In this document: positions 39,842-51,819 of the stretch, in pieces | How positions within the stretch are numbered: position 1 is the stretch's first letter | Layout: each line of letters starts with the position of its first letter | Origin: Somniosus microcephalus | Taxonomy: Eukaryota | Assembly (NCBI GenBank): GCA_052327205.1 | Contig: JBMRGM010000039.1 | Location: forward strand, 42,346,001-42,410,000 | DNA: 64,000 nucleotides | Direction of reading: 5' to 3' | Notes under the pieces: generated by a model | Database searches by the model: none | What the model saw: only the letters and a program-made list of their open reading frames with translations | What the model was told of the DNA's origin: nothing | Translations under genes and position numbers: made by a program

Positions 39842-40165
39842 CAGAAAATAGAAACAGAGAATCATAGAAGATAGAAGCAGGAGTAGGCCAATCGGCCCCT
39901 CGAGCCTGCTCCGCCATTCAATGCAATCATGGCTGATCATCCAAATTCAGTACCCTGTCCCTGCTTTCTCCCCATATCCCTTGATCCCTTGAGCCTTAAG
40001 AAATATATCCAACTCCTTCTTGAATTTATTTAATGCATTGGCCTCTACTGCTTTCTGTGGTAGAGAATTCCACAGGTTCAGCACTCTCTGGGTGAAGAAA
40101 TTCCTCGTCATTACTCTCCTAAATGGCTTACCCCTTATCCTTAGACTGTGACCCCTGGTTCTGGA
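39842..40165 (-). mobile_element. CR1 3' fragment inserted in the ERV integrase
   Basis: SRTRGHSLRIRG...GYGEKAGTGY plus 3' UTR, lying between integrase pieces. Confidence 0.9.
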
Positions 40166-41895
40166 ATAATAATAATCGCTCAATAATAATCTGGCCACAG
40201 TAACCGCAGTGTTTGATCAGGAGGGGAAGGCCTCAATCCATTTAGTGAACTGGTCGATAAGAATGAGCGCATATTTATAATTGCCCTGCGAATGTGGGAG
40301 TGGTCCAATAAAATCAATTTGCACCTGAGTCCATTGCCCATCAGGGCCTGGGTCACATCGAAGTAGGGCATGGCTGGAAGAAGGGGAGGGGTTCTGCTGC
40401 AAACACGGTATGCTTTTGGAAACATAAACTTACAGTTTCCTTCATATTACGCCACCAAGCTGTGGAGGCAATATTTGTGAAAGTGACTTCTGTGGAGTAA
40501 TGACCTCCGACAGGTTGGGAGAGGAATAGGAGCAAGAGTTTTCTTCTGCCGGGTGTGGGGGAATGCAGACAACCGGGTACTCATCTGGGGCATTTTGATA
40601 CATTAGTAATGGTTGTGAACACTTTGTAGTAAGAAGGGTCTTGGGGGCCCATGCAGAGGGTGCCAGTAATGGTTTACCTTGGTCATGCCAATTGATGTTT
40701 ATCTGATAGGGGCTATAATCTGTTTAAAGGGCAACCAAATCGAGAGCTTGGCTAACTGCCACAACTGGGATTATCTCCTCAAGTTGTAGAGGGAGAGACT
40801 CAATGGTCAGTGCTGCTTCTTTGGCAGCATCAACTGCTGCTTTATTCCACAGGGCATGAGTGGAATGGTCTCTCTTGTGGGCATTAACCTTACCAATGTG
40901 ACAAGGCATTGACCGCAACTTTAGGGCCTGCAATATGAGATGAAAACATGGCCCATGGGTTAGGGGTTTACCATCTGATGAGAAGTTGTAATTATTTTGG
41001 TAGAGGGGAAGGGACAGCATGGCTTGATGGCATGGGCACTGTCAGACCAAATGTTTGTCGGGTAGCCAGAACTTGCTTCAACGGCGATGAGAGGGGTCAA
41101 AATCTGCATATTGGCTTGAGTTTTTGTTACTTTTAAACTTGATAGTCTTCTCGGGTAGGACCACAGCACATCCGGTATGAGGTGAGCTCTATATGTGGTA
41201 GGAGGAGCCATTCAATTATACTTCAGAGGCTCCTTCTATTGTTGATCACAAAACAGGTTGTGACTCAAAGTCTATTAAAGGCAGTGGACACTTGTGAGAG
41301 TGTCCCTCGTACGCAAGTCCCATTTTATTATTTCTAAAGTCCATTTACTGATGCGTTGGGATGAGATCAAAGAATTGCTTGGTTTGATAAGGAGATTCAG
41401 TGGAGTGTGAGGGGAATGCAAGATAATCCTCTTTAAGCCTGTAATGTAGGTAAAGTGTTGACTGGACCAGAACGTCGCCAGTAGGTGGCGCTCACACGCT
41501 GAATAAATCCGTTCTGCCCCCTGCAAAACCCGTGAGGCATGGGCAATCGGTCGTAACCTGTGCAGTCGTTCTTGATATAAAACCGCAGTCAGACCTATGG
41601 TCGGTGGATGCGACCTCGAGATGGAATGGCTGTGTCGGGTCGGGTGATATCAAACAGGTATCCCGCATAACAGCCAGTTTCAATTTCGCAACTGCAGCGG
41701 TGTGATCTGGCCCCCAGAGGGAGGAAATTTGATCATATTTTACTTTAAATTGTTCATCGAGTGGTTTTGCAAGTACTGCAAATCCAGGAATAAAACAATG
41801 CTGGTATCCAACTAATAACAAAAAAGATCAGAGCGCTGTCCTGGATACAGGAAGCGGGAGTGATTGAATGACGTTTATCTTGTGCTCGTCAGGAC

Positions 41896-43045
41896 ATAGA
41901 CATAAGAAAATAAGAACATAAGCAATAGGAGCAGGAATAGGCTACTTGGCCCCTCGAGCCTGCTCCGCCATTCAATAAGATCATGGCTGATCTTGGGCTC
42001 AAATGCACTTCCCTACCCGCTCCCCATAACTCTTCACTCCCTTGTCTTGCAAAAATCTGTCTATCTTCACCTTAAATGTATCTAATGACCCAGCCTCCAC
42101 AGCTCTCTGGGGCAGAGAATTCCACAGATTTACGACCCTCTGAGAGAAGAAATTCCTCCTCATCTCAGTTCTAAAAGGGCGATCGTTTATTCTGAAAACA
42201 TGCCCGCGAGTTCTAGCTTTCCCCACGAGGGGAAACATCCTCTCTGTATCTACCTTGTCGAGCCCCCTCATAATCTTATATGTTTGAATACGATCAACTC
42301 TCATTGTTCTAAATTCCAATGAATATAGGCCCAGCCTGCTCAACCTTTCCTCTTAGGTCAAACACCTCATCAATGGAATTAATCTAGTGAATCGTCTCTG
42401 AGCTTCCTTAAATGCAAGTATATCCTTCCTCAAATAAGGAGAGCAAAACTGTACGCAGTATTCAAGGAGTGGTCTCTCGAATACCCTGTAAAGTTGTAGC
42501 AGGACTTCCCTGCTTTTATTCTCCAACCCCTTTGAAATAAAGGCCAGCATTCCATTTGCCTTTTTGATTACTTGCTGTAACTGCATGCTAACATTTTGTG
42601 TTTCATGCACCAGGACCCCCAGGTACCTCTGAACTGCAGCATTTTGTAATCTCTCTCCATTTCAATAATAATTTGCTTTTTTATTTTTCCTGCCAACGTT
42701 TATAACCTCGCACTTAACCACATTATATTCCATCTGCCAAATATTTGCTCATTCACTTAGCCTGTCTACCTCCCTTTGCAGGTTATTTGCATCCTCTGCA
42801 CAACTTGCTTTCCCACCCATATTTGCATCAACTTGGGTACATTACATGCGGTCCTTTCATCCAAGTCATTGATGTAGATTGTAAATAGTTGAGGCCCCAG
42901 CACCGATCCCTGTGGCACACCACTAGTTACCGTTTGCCAACCAAAAATGACCCATTTACCCCGACTCTCTGCTTTCTGTTAGTCAGCCAATCTTCTATCC
43001 ATGCTAATATATTACCCCCAACTCCATGAGCTCTTATCTTATGCC
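41896..43045 (-). mobile_element. CR1 fragment occupying the position of the ERV RT core
   Basis: ORFs 41999-42343 and 42353-42610; (taagaaca)n tail. Confidence 0.9.
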
Positions 43046-43679
43046 GCATCTAATTTCGGGATTACTTTCTTTGGGAATTGGTTACTGTTTAACAAAGGAG
43101 TGGGGCAGTCCCTTAAACGTCACCTCACCCTCCATTCGACCGCAGTCCTGCTTACCAGTGGCGAATGCGGGTGGGTGCATTTGAATTAATAATTTGACTT
43201 GCTTATCTGGGTGATCTGGTGCCTCGTACAAGCAAGTCCTCTTAATCGCAAATACGGAGTGGGCATCCGATATTTCAACCAATTCACTACCTCATCTCCT
43301 GATCCAAATACACCACTGGTTGTAATCAATAATTTTCCTGTATCTTTCCAAAATATCCTTTCCCAATATGCCCCTTCCGTCAGGAATTGTCATCATGACA
43401 GGGTCATCAACATTCAAATCAATCCAGTTTGTGCACATAGTTACCATTTCCCCCTTAAAAGCAGAGGTTGACCTCCCATCAAAGCCTTGTAACGTCAAGT
43501 AACCTTTGCCCGCCGCAGTATGGCGTTCAGGATGTGGGTTATGAATGAGGTAACAGATGAACCGTTGTCAATAAGCATGATATGTTGTCGGCTCCCCGGT
43601 ATAACACATGACATTTCTGTTCGCCTGTTAACATCACGTCGGAACCCACTTCAAAAAAAGAGGTGACCCGTCCCCTTCA

Positions 43680-45584
43680 TTGGGCCGTTGTCTGTGATCC
43701 CTGTGGTTGTTGTCCAGCCGGATCCGAGATGGCTGCCACCAGTTTAGCTCATGTAATAATATGAATGCTCGGTATGGCTGTTAATTTACTCATTTCTGCA
43801 GCCAATTGATCTACCTTGGGGGTGGGGGTAGATTTCCTTGAAAGGGAGGGTGCCGTTGGCACTTTTTTTGAGGATTCCTACAAATTTAGAGTAGTGCCCA
43901 GGTCTCCCACAGTTATAACAATTTCCTTCGAATCAACGTGTGTAGCGGGGTGCAGTGGGCATAACTGGCCGTTCTACCACACTAACATGTTTAATTGGTC
44001 CACACCCATCCGTTGCAAAAGACCATGACTGATTGGTGGCCTGGAGTAGCTCAGTCCACCCAGTCTCAGGCGAGACTATGTGTCCTAGAGCATGCCTCAG
44101 TGAGCTTTCTTGAATGGTTCCTGGTCCTTCCCTTCATCATCGGAGTCAGGTGCAACCCCTTGGGTTCCACCATAAAACATGTCGAGCCTGTCACTCTATA
44201 CAGTGGGCGATTCTACTGGTCCCTGAGTTGTTTGATTACATGTCTTAGCCATATCCATGCTGTTCATGCTTAAATGTTCCTGAATGGACTCCATGACTTC
44301 TGCCGAGGTAGTAGCGATATTATAAACCAGGAATGAAGATTTTGCAGTATCTTGGGGTTGGTGGCAGCGAGGAGGACGCGTTTCAAATCGGTGTCCCCTA
44401 ATTCGCTGTGTCCCCGCTTCCGAGTCGTCCATCGAACTTTAACGTCGTTAGGGCACTCGGATCGTGTTATGGGGCCTAACCCATTAACACAAGCTTGTAC
44501 TTCGACAGCATTGAGAGGAATGGAGCGCTTCTCGGAGGTGGTTTCCTCCCCCTTGTCATTATAGGCTTGGGTTGTAACTATGACGCTCACAGGGGCCGAC
44601 CGCCTATTCTCATGGATGGAGGACACCCCGGGGTATCCCCAACCATCATGTCCACCGTGCAGATATGCCTTTTCTCCAGTGCATCTCACCTCTCCTCCCC
44701 CCACTGCTCCCACTGCTGAATCGTAACGGCAGCCACAACAGCCTCCCGTTTTTCCAGCTTTCCATCTAGTTCGTATATCTTCAATCTACACAGAATCTGA
44801 TCCGTCTCTCCCTCTTGCGGGAGAAATTCCCGCAATGCGCCTCTGGCATTTTGTAAGTCATGCATAAGATTCTCCCTCTCTATCTCACAAGATTGTAATG
44901 CCTGTTCGGTTTCTTCTAGTTCACGCATAGCACTTCCTGCCTGGACCACGCACCCGCTCTTTTGTTGCAGAACTCCCGCAGCTTGAGAGGTCTTGCGCTC
45001 TAAGTCAGTAATTCGCTGTTTCAAATCTCCCACTTCTTGAAAAATGCTTTCCTTTTATGTGTTCGACCTCCAGCTCTTACTGCTTTTTTAAGTCCTCTAC
45101 CTCCCGGCTATACGATAGCAAAATACTGCAGATGCTGGAAATCCGAAATAACAACAGAAAGTGCTGGAAAAATTCAGCAGGCCAGGCAACATCTGTGGAG
45201 AGAAATTAGAGTCGACGTTTCGGGTGAAAACCCTTTAACAAGACTAAAGAGGCACAAGGAATGAAATAGATTAAGAAGCCGGCTATGTTTTTCTTTTAAC
45301 TCATTGTGTTATGTTCTTAGCTTTTCTATCTCTTTACTTGTTATCTTACATTACTCATCAGCTCTTTGCGCACAGTAAAATATTGCATAGGCGAGTAGCC
45401 TAGTCGCCTTATCACTTTTCATTTTCTTTAGCTTCACACTTTCCTGAATAAAGTTTCTCATCTCTTCAAAGGGGACTCGGTCTCCTTTGGTTAAACATTC
45501 TGCCAATAATAACTGTACTTGCTCCTCACAGGCACCTCTGTCTAACTTACTCTTATATGCGTTAACGAAACTCTTACTAGCCAC
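43680..45584 (-). pseudogene. gag: gag, frameshifted
   Basis: (M)ASKSFVNAYKSKL... N-terminus, coiled coil at 44686-45033, capsid-like region, zinc knuckle CYNCGRPGHYSKF(C) at 43881-43920. Confidence 0.75.
45112..45278. mobile_element. Short elasmobranch interspersed repeat (Penelope-associated type) inserted in gag
   Basis: aatactgcagatgctggaaatc...gacgtttcggg flanked by an 8-bp direct repeat ccggctat (45104-45111, 45279-45286). Confidence 0.7.
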
Positions 45585-45740
45585 TTTGTAATTTTCTTAA
45601 CAGACCTCTACCATCAATAACTATCGGCGTGCAATTCAGGGGCACTCCCCACGAGGGGGTTATCCCTCCTGAAGAGCAGCAGCTGATCAGGAAGCTACTT
45701 TCGAGGTCCGATCTAGTACACAATACTAGCCGCTTTGGCT

Positions 45741-45761
45741 AGTCCCGTCTGAAGGGTGCCA
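45741..45761 (-). promoter_or_regulatory. Primer-binding site, tRNA-Arg(CCU)-like
   Basis: TGGCACCCTTCAGACGGGACT lies 3 nt after the 5' LTR. The complement of vertebrate tRNA-Arg(CCU), recalled from memory, is TGGCACCCCAGATGGGACT. Confidence 0.6.
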
Positions 45762-45764
45762 ATC

Positions 45765-46715
45765 TATAAGATCTTAAATGATCCCTCAGTGTTCTTGGAA
45801 AAGACACAAATATACAGCAGCCAGTATGTTTGAGCAACAGATCAAGATTTAGGAAGCTTATGGCATAATATACTTAACAGTGGGCGATAGTTTAACGAGT
45901 AGCTCGCAGCCCTTTGTCTCTGGAACTTCTCGGACACAGGTGACGTCATCTTCAACCTGTTCCTTTGCCTTCGCGGTAGTTTTGTGTGAAGTTATTCTTT
46001 TAGTTCGAGGTTTCAACCATTTTCTTATCAACAGTTCGTTTGGCCGTTAACAAAATATGGTCGTTAACAAAATCACCTTTTCTCATAGTTTCTAATGGGC
46101 AATACACCATCTGTCAATCAGACTGAGGGCAGCACCTTGACTTCTCCTGGTCGGTAACTTTCCAATAACTCTACACTGTTCCATCGTTATCTTGTTTATA
46201 CATTTCTTCACTTTATTGGAATTTATCTTATCTCTCTTATTCTAGCTTCCCTGGTACAAGTAGTGCAAGGCCTAATACCAAGGGGCCCATGTCAGAGCTG
46301 CCTCCTTTATCTTGACGGTGTTCAGGCTATCTCACTTTGATCTACCAAGTGGATACATGTACTCCCAAGATCTCTTTAATTTTACATCCTTTATACTAAT
46401 TATCTCTCAAATATCTTTGCAATTAGTTTTGTTAAGCGAACTCTGATACCTACTTAGAATTATAATATGTTAATAGTACAATAACATATTATTTAACTAT
46501 TTAACCTGCACCTGCAGCCTGAGCCTGTGGCTATTTGTTATCTAACATTAGTCAAAACTGCTTTTTAATTGTCTTGTGGCTACATTCGAACAGTCCTTGG
46601 CATTTCCATACTCACATAGAATCATGGATAAGATTAGTTGGTCAATGGCTACGCTTGAATTTATACATATATGATTCCCATCTACTAAGAGTCTCTAATA
46701 CCAGTCTTTCGTACA
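45765..46715 (-). repeat. 5' LTR of the ERV (about 951 bp)
   Basis: Shares blocks with the other LTR (gttcttgga.aagacacaaata.acagcagccagtatgtttgag; ttagtcaaaactgctttt; atacatatatga). Ends ...cgtaca. Confidence 0.85.
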
Positions 46716-47032
46716 ATCCCCATCCTCAAAGATGGTGGAGCCCAGTAGGGGAATGCAAAATACAAGGCTGAAGCATTTGTTATCTCCACCCCCACTTCCA
46801 TCAGCAACCTGGGATGCTAGAGAGTTTCATATCCTGCACATTTATAAGCCAGGTCTCCTTATATCCGCTATTTCATAATCACATATGGCATCTTGCGCCT
46901 GCGACTTGTCAATCTTATGTGTAACACTCCTCGCAATAACGCACATGCATTCCAACAGCATGCTAGTTGGCTTTGCTTTTTTCGTCACTTTAATTGCTGC
47001 TCTTTCTACATTATTCTCTGTTTTGTTTCTGT

Positions 47033-47098
47033 TTGTCCCACCCAAATATTAGCCAGACCTGACTCTGCTTAGCTTCCAAGGTCAGACGAGACTGGGCG
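47033..47098 (-). pseudogene. 5S rRNA-derived fragment (about nt 26-90)
   Basis: Minus strand cgcccagtctcgtctgaccttggaagctaagcagagtcaggtctggctaatatttgggtgggac compared with 5S cgcccgatctcgtctgatctcggaagctaagcagggtcgggcctggttagtacttggatgggagac. Confidence 0.85.
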
Positions 47099-47099
47099 G

Positions 47100-50000
47100 T
47101 TTTTAGAAATTATTTATTGAACATTAAACACAATTACTTCATCGTGATCATTCCATTGTATCATACAAATCCATTCCGACGCTCTGCACAGCCATTCCTC
47201 CACCACATATTAACACCAAACCCTAATGTTTAATTTGTCTCCCGTAAAATGTATTAGTCGATCGTACTTTAAGAATTGATCGTAAAAATGCCATCTTTAA
47301 ATTCCTTTCTGAATAAAACACCCACAGAGCCTTATAATGATATTTTAGCTTATATTAAAATACTCTTGTACATTTATTCTCCTCCCCTGAAAAAACAGAG
47401 CATTCCTTCTTTGCACAATCACGAATCTAGTCAAACTGAGCATTAAATTAATGGCCTCTCCGCTAGATTATGCCAGACTCTCCTGCAATCCCCATCTCAA
47501 AATGAAATCCCACCAGATTCCCATTCTCGCTCTTCGGTCCCCACCCAGCAAAACAAACTCACACAACTCTCGAACAAAGTACTTAAAATCCTTTAACTGC
47601 GGACATAACAACAGTCAATGTGACAGAGTCTCATCCCATGTCCCACACACTGGGAAAGTTGCCCCCTTCTCTCACCCAATATTACACAAGACCATCATGG
47701 TAAAAATCCGGTTATGAACCAATTTGAAATCCAGTTCAATTCATTCTGGACATTAAAAATTCACCCACACTCCCTTCCAAATCCTGTTGAAATCCAGCTG
47801 TGGGTATGTACGCTGCCAAAACTCCTTACACGCACGCGTCTTGAATCTCCATTCTCTAAATAACGCATAGAAATCTTGAGTATTGCAGTTGTCAAATTGG
47901 AACAACTTTTCCCTTTCTCCAGCAGAAAGCTTGGAATAGCGGGACGCATTTTATTTCCTTTGGAGATTTCCACATGTATTTATTCCATCCAATCCTGTGG
48001 TATTGCCCTCACCATATTCTCATACATGATCATAATTGAGTTTTCCTCTAGCTCCTGATCCTCCTCCCACACCAGGTCCCTCACTGTCGCTTCTGGCAAC
48101 CAACCTGGAATTACCTCGTATTATACATTCTTCACACATATAATACCAGCTTTTATAAAAGCTTGATTAAATAATACCTTCAAGGTTGAGCCAACTATTC
48201 AAAAATAAGCGCAAAAAATTCCTCAGCACCCTTGGGCATAAACTGCACACTTTTTAAAAATTAGCCGAAGACTCTACAATCCCCTTATAAACCAAAGGGA
48301 GAGGTTTAATCGATTTCAAACAGATATTCTTGTATTCTATATACAATATCCCCTACCCACCTATCCCACTTCGTTTAAAAAAACAGCTCAAAACAACTCT
48401 TCCACAAACATGTGTTTGACGTCTGAAGAAATCACTTCACCCATTTGATTCTAAGGAATTTTTTTTAGATCAATACGTGGGAAATTGTGTCTTCCCTGAT
48501 TTCTCCGTCAAATGATGGTATTATAAGCAACCAAGGCTGATTTCCCTGCCCATGAAAACCTCACACAAGCCTCTTTGATGGAATTTTCCTCCCACTCAGG
48601 AAGATCCTTCACCGTCAATAAGTACCATAGCTTAGATAGCAGGAGAGCGGACATCACTGTCGCACTTCCTTGCACTTTCAATCAACTTCTTTCCCATCTT
48701 CCCAAAATCTTTTTAATTTTCCTAACCTCCGGTTCCCAATTTAATCGATCCACTCCTTCCCTGTCCTTCTTGCACCACATATGCACCTCAAAAGCTTCCA
48801 AAACTTCCAGCACCATAAAGGGCATTTCCTCCAACACTTTCCCCCTACCCCTTCCTGCAACCAGGCACTGGGACATATTATAATTCACTCTGGCTCCTTA
48901 AGCCCTATAAAACTCCTCCACTACGCCCCTAGGTTTCCTCACTGACTCCCCATTTCTCAATGTTATATTTGTGTTATCTGCATATTGGTGTATTACCGAC
49001 ACCCGCCCGGAACTGGGAACCGCAATCCCGACTACACCTTGTTCCTTTCACATCATGTAACATGGCGGTTCTGCTATCAATGTGTACAAGAATGGTGACA
49101 GGCGAGAACCCTGTCTCACTGACATCTGTATCGGAAAATACTTGGATAAAAAACCGTTACATATAACACAGCGAAATATGTTTGAATAAAACATCCTTAG
49201 CCACTCAATGACATTTTCCCCGAAACCAAACGCTTCTAAAACCATAATTAAAAACTCATGAGAGACACTATCAAAGGCTCACTCTTGATCTATCTTTAAT
49301 ACATAAGCCTCCCGCCCACTCTCTTCGATGTGCTCTAACGCATCACGGATTGAGACCACAGAGTCTGCGATGTCCCGGACTATGACTTCATGACTTCATA
49401 GGACTGAGAGAGCAAAACTATCTGCGCCATCACCTCCTACATAAGATTTACCATAACCCGTGCATAGATCTTATAACCCACATTTAATAACGTGATGGAA
49501 TTCCAATTCTTTAGACACCTTCTTTCCCCTTTATTTTTATATAAGCTAAGTTTTTGAAACCTCTCATCATAGATGGGGCCAGCCGACCCTCAATTTTAAT
49601 CCCCTCAAAAACCTCTTAGAGCAACAGACTTAAAATCTCTAAAACTTCTTCATAAAATTCTGCAATTATTCCATCGGACCCTGGCTCCCCCCTCGCGCCT
49701 CATACGACCCCATACCGCATCATTCCACTTATATTTCCACTAATCCTATTTGTTTGTCACACATTCTTATCCCATCCTCCTTTAAAACGTCTCTAACAAA
49801 AGCACTTACCTTCTGCATCTGCAATTTGGAAATGTCTTATTTTGTATATAAATCTTGATATAAGCTGCTAGCAGCCTCCAAAATATCCAAACTTTCATAA
49901 ATGACCTTCTTCACAACCGTCAACACTTCAAATAATGATAATCTCTGTCGCAGCTTCCCTTGCTCTAGGAAATATCTAATTAATCTTTCGCCCTCTAATT

Positions 50001-51800
50001 CATCTTTAGCCATTGCATGGCGAATGGCCCCCTTGCATTTTTCAGCTTGCAATGAATTCCACTCCTCCTTTAAAACTACCCACTTAGTGTCAGCTCCCTT
50101 AGCCCCTCCGTCAACTGCGTTACAGACATCTGTAAGCCTTTTATTGACACTTTCCTTGCGACGCCAGTTAGCTGCCGCTCTCTATTTCCCAAAATGGATC
50201 GAAAAAATGCGTACCTCATATTTGAAATTGTCCCACCAAACGCTTCTTTCTTTCAAGAGCAAAGGTTCCTTCTGAGCATTATTTATTATATTAAAATCCC
50301 TTCTTTAGAAGCGATTTCTTTCAGGTTTTGGTTGTTTAACATCCACCCCCCTAGACCGATCTTAACTCTGCTGTTCTTAATTCTTAGAACCAAAGCCGAG
50401 TGGTCACTAAAAAAAGCATTTTTGCAATAATCTCCAACACCTCAGAACGTAACCCTTCCCGCATTTACTCAAAATATATTCAGCTCTGTTTTAAAACATC
50501 TTCTACTCAACTTGTTCTGGAAAACTCCCTTTATATGGGGTTCCGATCCCTCCATAATTCTCTCAAATGTCATTTTGTCATTATTTTTACAAACATCCCT
50601 TTGGTGTTATCATCCTTAATGGCCATCTGGGTTGAAATGTCCATCCGAGAAAGAAATACATTAAAATCCCCCACTATACTCAGGTATTCCGCCTCAGCCA
50701 CTTCAGTACAAAACCACCGAAAACATTTGTGACGCTTGCAATGCTCGTTCGGTGCATAGATATTAAAGAGATCGCAATTCAATTCCACCATTTTTATCCT
50801 TTAACCGTAAATTCTCCCCTCAGTGTACTTGTTCATCAAGGCAACATTCTCTTTTGTTGACGGACTCACCAACAAGCCACCCCTCTACAGCGATTGTTTG
50901 CACAACTTGCAAACACCTCTCCCTTCCAAAGCTTCAGAACGCATACCAGGATATCCTTATCCCAAAAGATTTCTTGCAGACACAACAAGTCAGTGCTTTA
51001 AAACAATGCACCAAATGTTGCAATTCGTTCTCACCACTCAGTGCATTCACATTAATCGAGACGAATGTAATAATGGCTCCGAATAAGGGAAGTATGCCTG
51101 ATAATTTCCCATCATTTAATCTCTGGCCCTTCCCTGCTCTCATGCTCCTTCCCAAACTTTCGGGCAGCTGTCGCTTTCTCCAACAGCCTCCGGCTCTTTT
51201 CCCCTCCTGTTTGAACCTTCCCTGCAGTTTCAGCCTCTTCCTTGCATTAGGTTTGTGCTGAGGAGCTGCCCCTTCTCTCTCCCTCTGCGCTTCACTAATC
51301 GCTTTCTTTCCACACGATGCCACCTCTCCCACCACTTTCATCTCCCTGTCCCCTCTGATTTCTCACTCTCGAGCTCTTCTGTATTCTCCTGTCCCTGCTG
51401 CCCGTCAGATTAAAAATCTCCCTTAGAGAGTCTTCCTACCTCCAATAGTGCCGCTCCCTTCGGCCTCAACTCCACCGCTTAAACTTGTTCCCCATTTCTT
51501 CTGTCTCTCGGACAATGGCATATCTGCACCTATCTTTCTCCCTTCTGGTGTCTTTGTCTCCCCGCTCCCGACCGGCTGTCACATTAAGGTTCCTGCCTCT
51601 TGCAACCTCTCCTTGTCTTTCCCCCTCCTGTTCTTCGAGATGTAGACTCCCTGTATTTACTTTGGAGTACTTACAATTACCATGCACCCCGCTCCCACCT
51701 CCTCTCCTTCGCGGACACCAGATTCTTCAGGCTGCTGTTAAAGGAACAAAATGGCCCAAAAACCTGAAAAAATCATCAACGTATTAAAAGCTCACTCCAA
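47100..51800 (-). mobile_element. Degraded L1/Tx1-clade LINE (Mutsu-like)
   Basis: APE TFVSINVNAL, FNIYAPNE, IVGDFN, SDHSAL. RT PGSDGIIAEFY, SVRQGSRLSPFLY, QYADN at 48973-48987. C-terminal CCHC remnant at about 47600-47660. AATAAA plus short poly(A) at 47100-47118. Confidence 0.85.
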
Positions 51801-51819
51801 CTGCCTGCAGCAATGAAAG

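Larger units (their letters stand above)
39157..43650 (-). pseudogene. pol: pol (PR, partial RT, tether RNase H, RNase H, integrase)
   Basis: LIDNGS at 43561-43578 and GILGKDIL. Tether PFHLEVAS...YSACERHLLATFW. RNase H LNGSSYH...SSQYA...IWSDS...KVNAH...NKAAVDAAKEAA. IN VQIDFIGPLP...HPQSSGIVERGNRTLK...PKWKGPY...WYHINQLK. Confidence 0.9.
35945..46715 (-). mobile_element. Degraded endogenous retrovirus, lokiretrovirus-like (LTR-gag-pol-env-LTR)
   Basis: Two homologous LTRs, PBS and PPT. Gag has a coiled coil and a CCHC box. Pol has PR, two RNase H domains and IN. Env has an RTKR furin site and a C-terminal TM. Confidence 0.85.

Noticed and set aside
35945-46715. Foamy (spuma) virus assignment
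   Set aside because: Gag has a CCHC knuckle, the PBS is not Lys1,2, there are no accessory ORFs between env and the LTR, and the Env layout differs.
46716-46730. gaggatggggat on minus as a second PPT, implying a tandem provirus
   Set aside because: The sequence continues as a LINE ORF2-like fragment (IPILKDGGAQ...KAEAF), so it is better explained as host flank.
47033-47098. Functional 5S rRNA gene
   Set aside because: It is partial and has many substitutions, with no 5' end, terminator or tandem array.
48973-48984. YADN in the Tx1 RT as a functional variant
   Set aside because: The element is riddled with stops and frameshifts, so neutral decay is sufficient.
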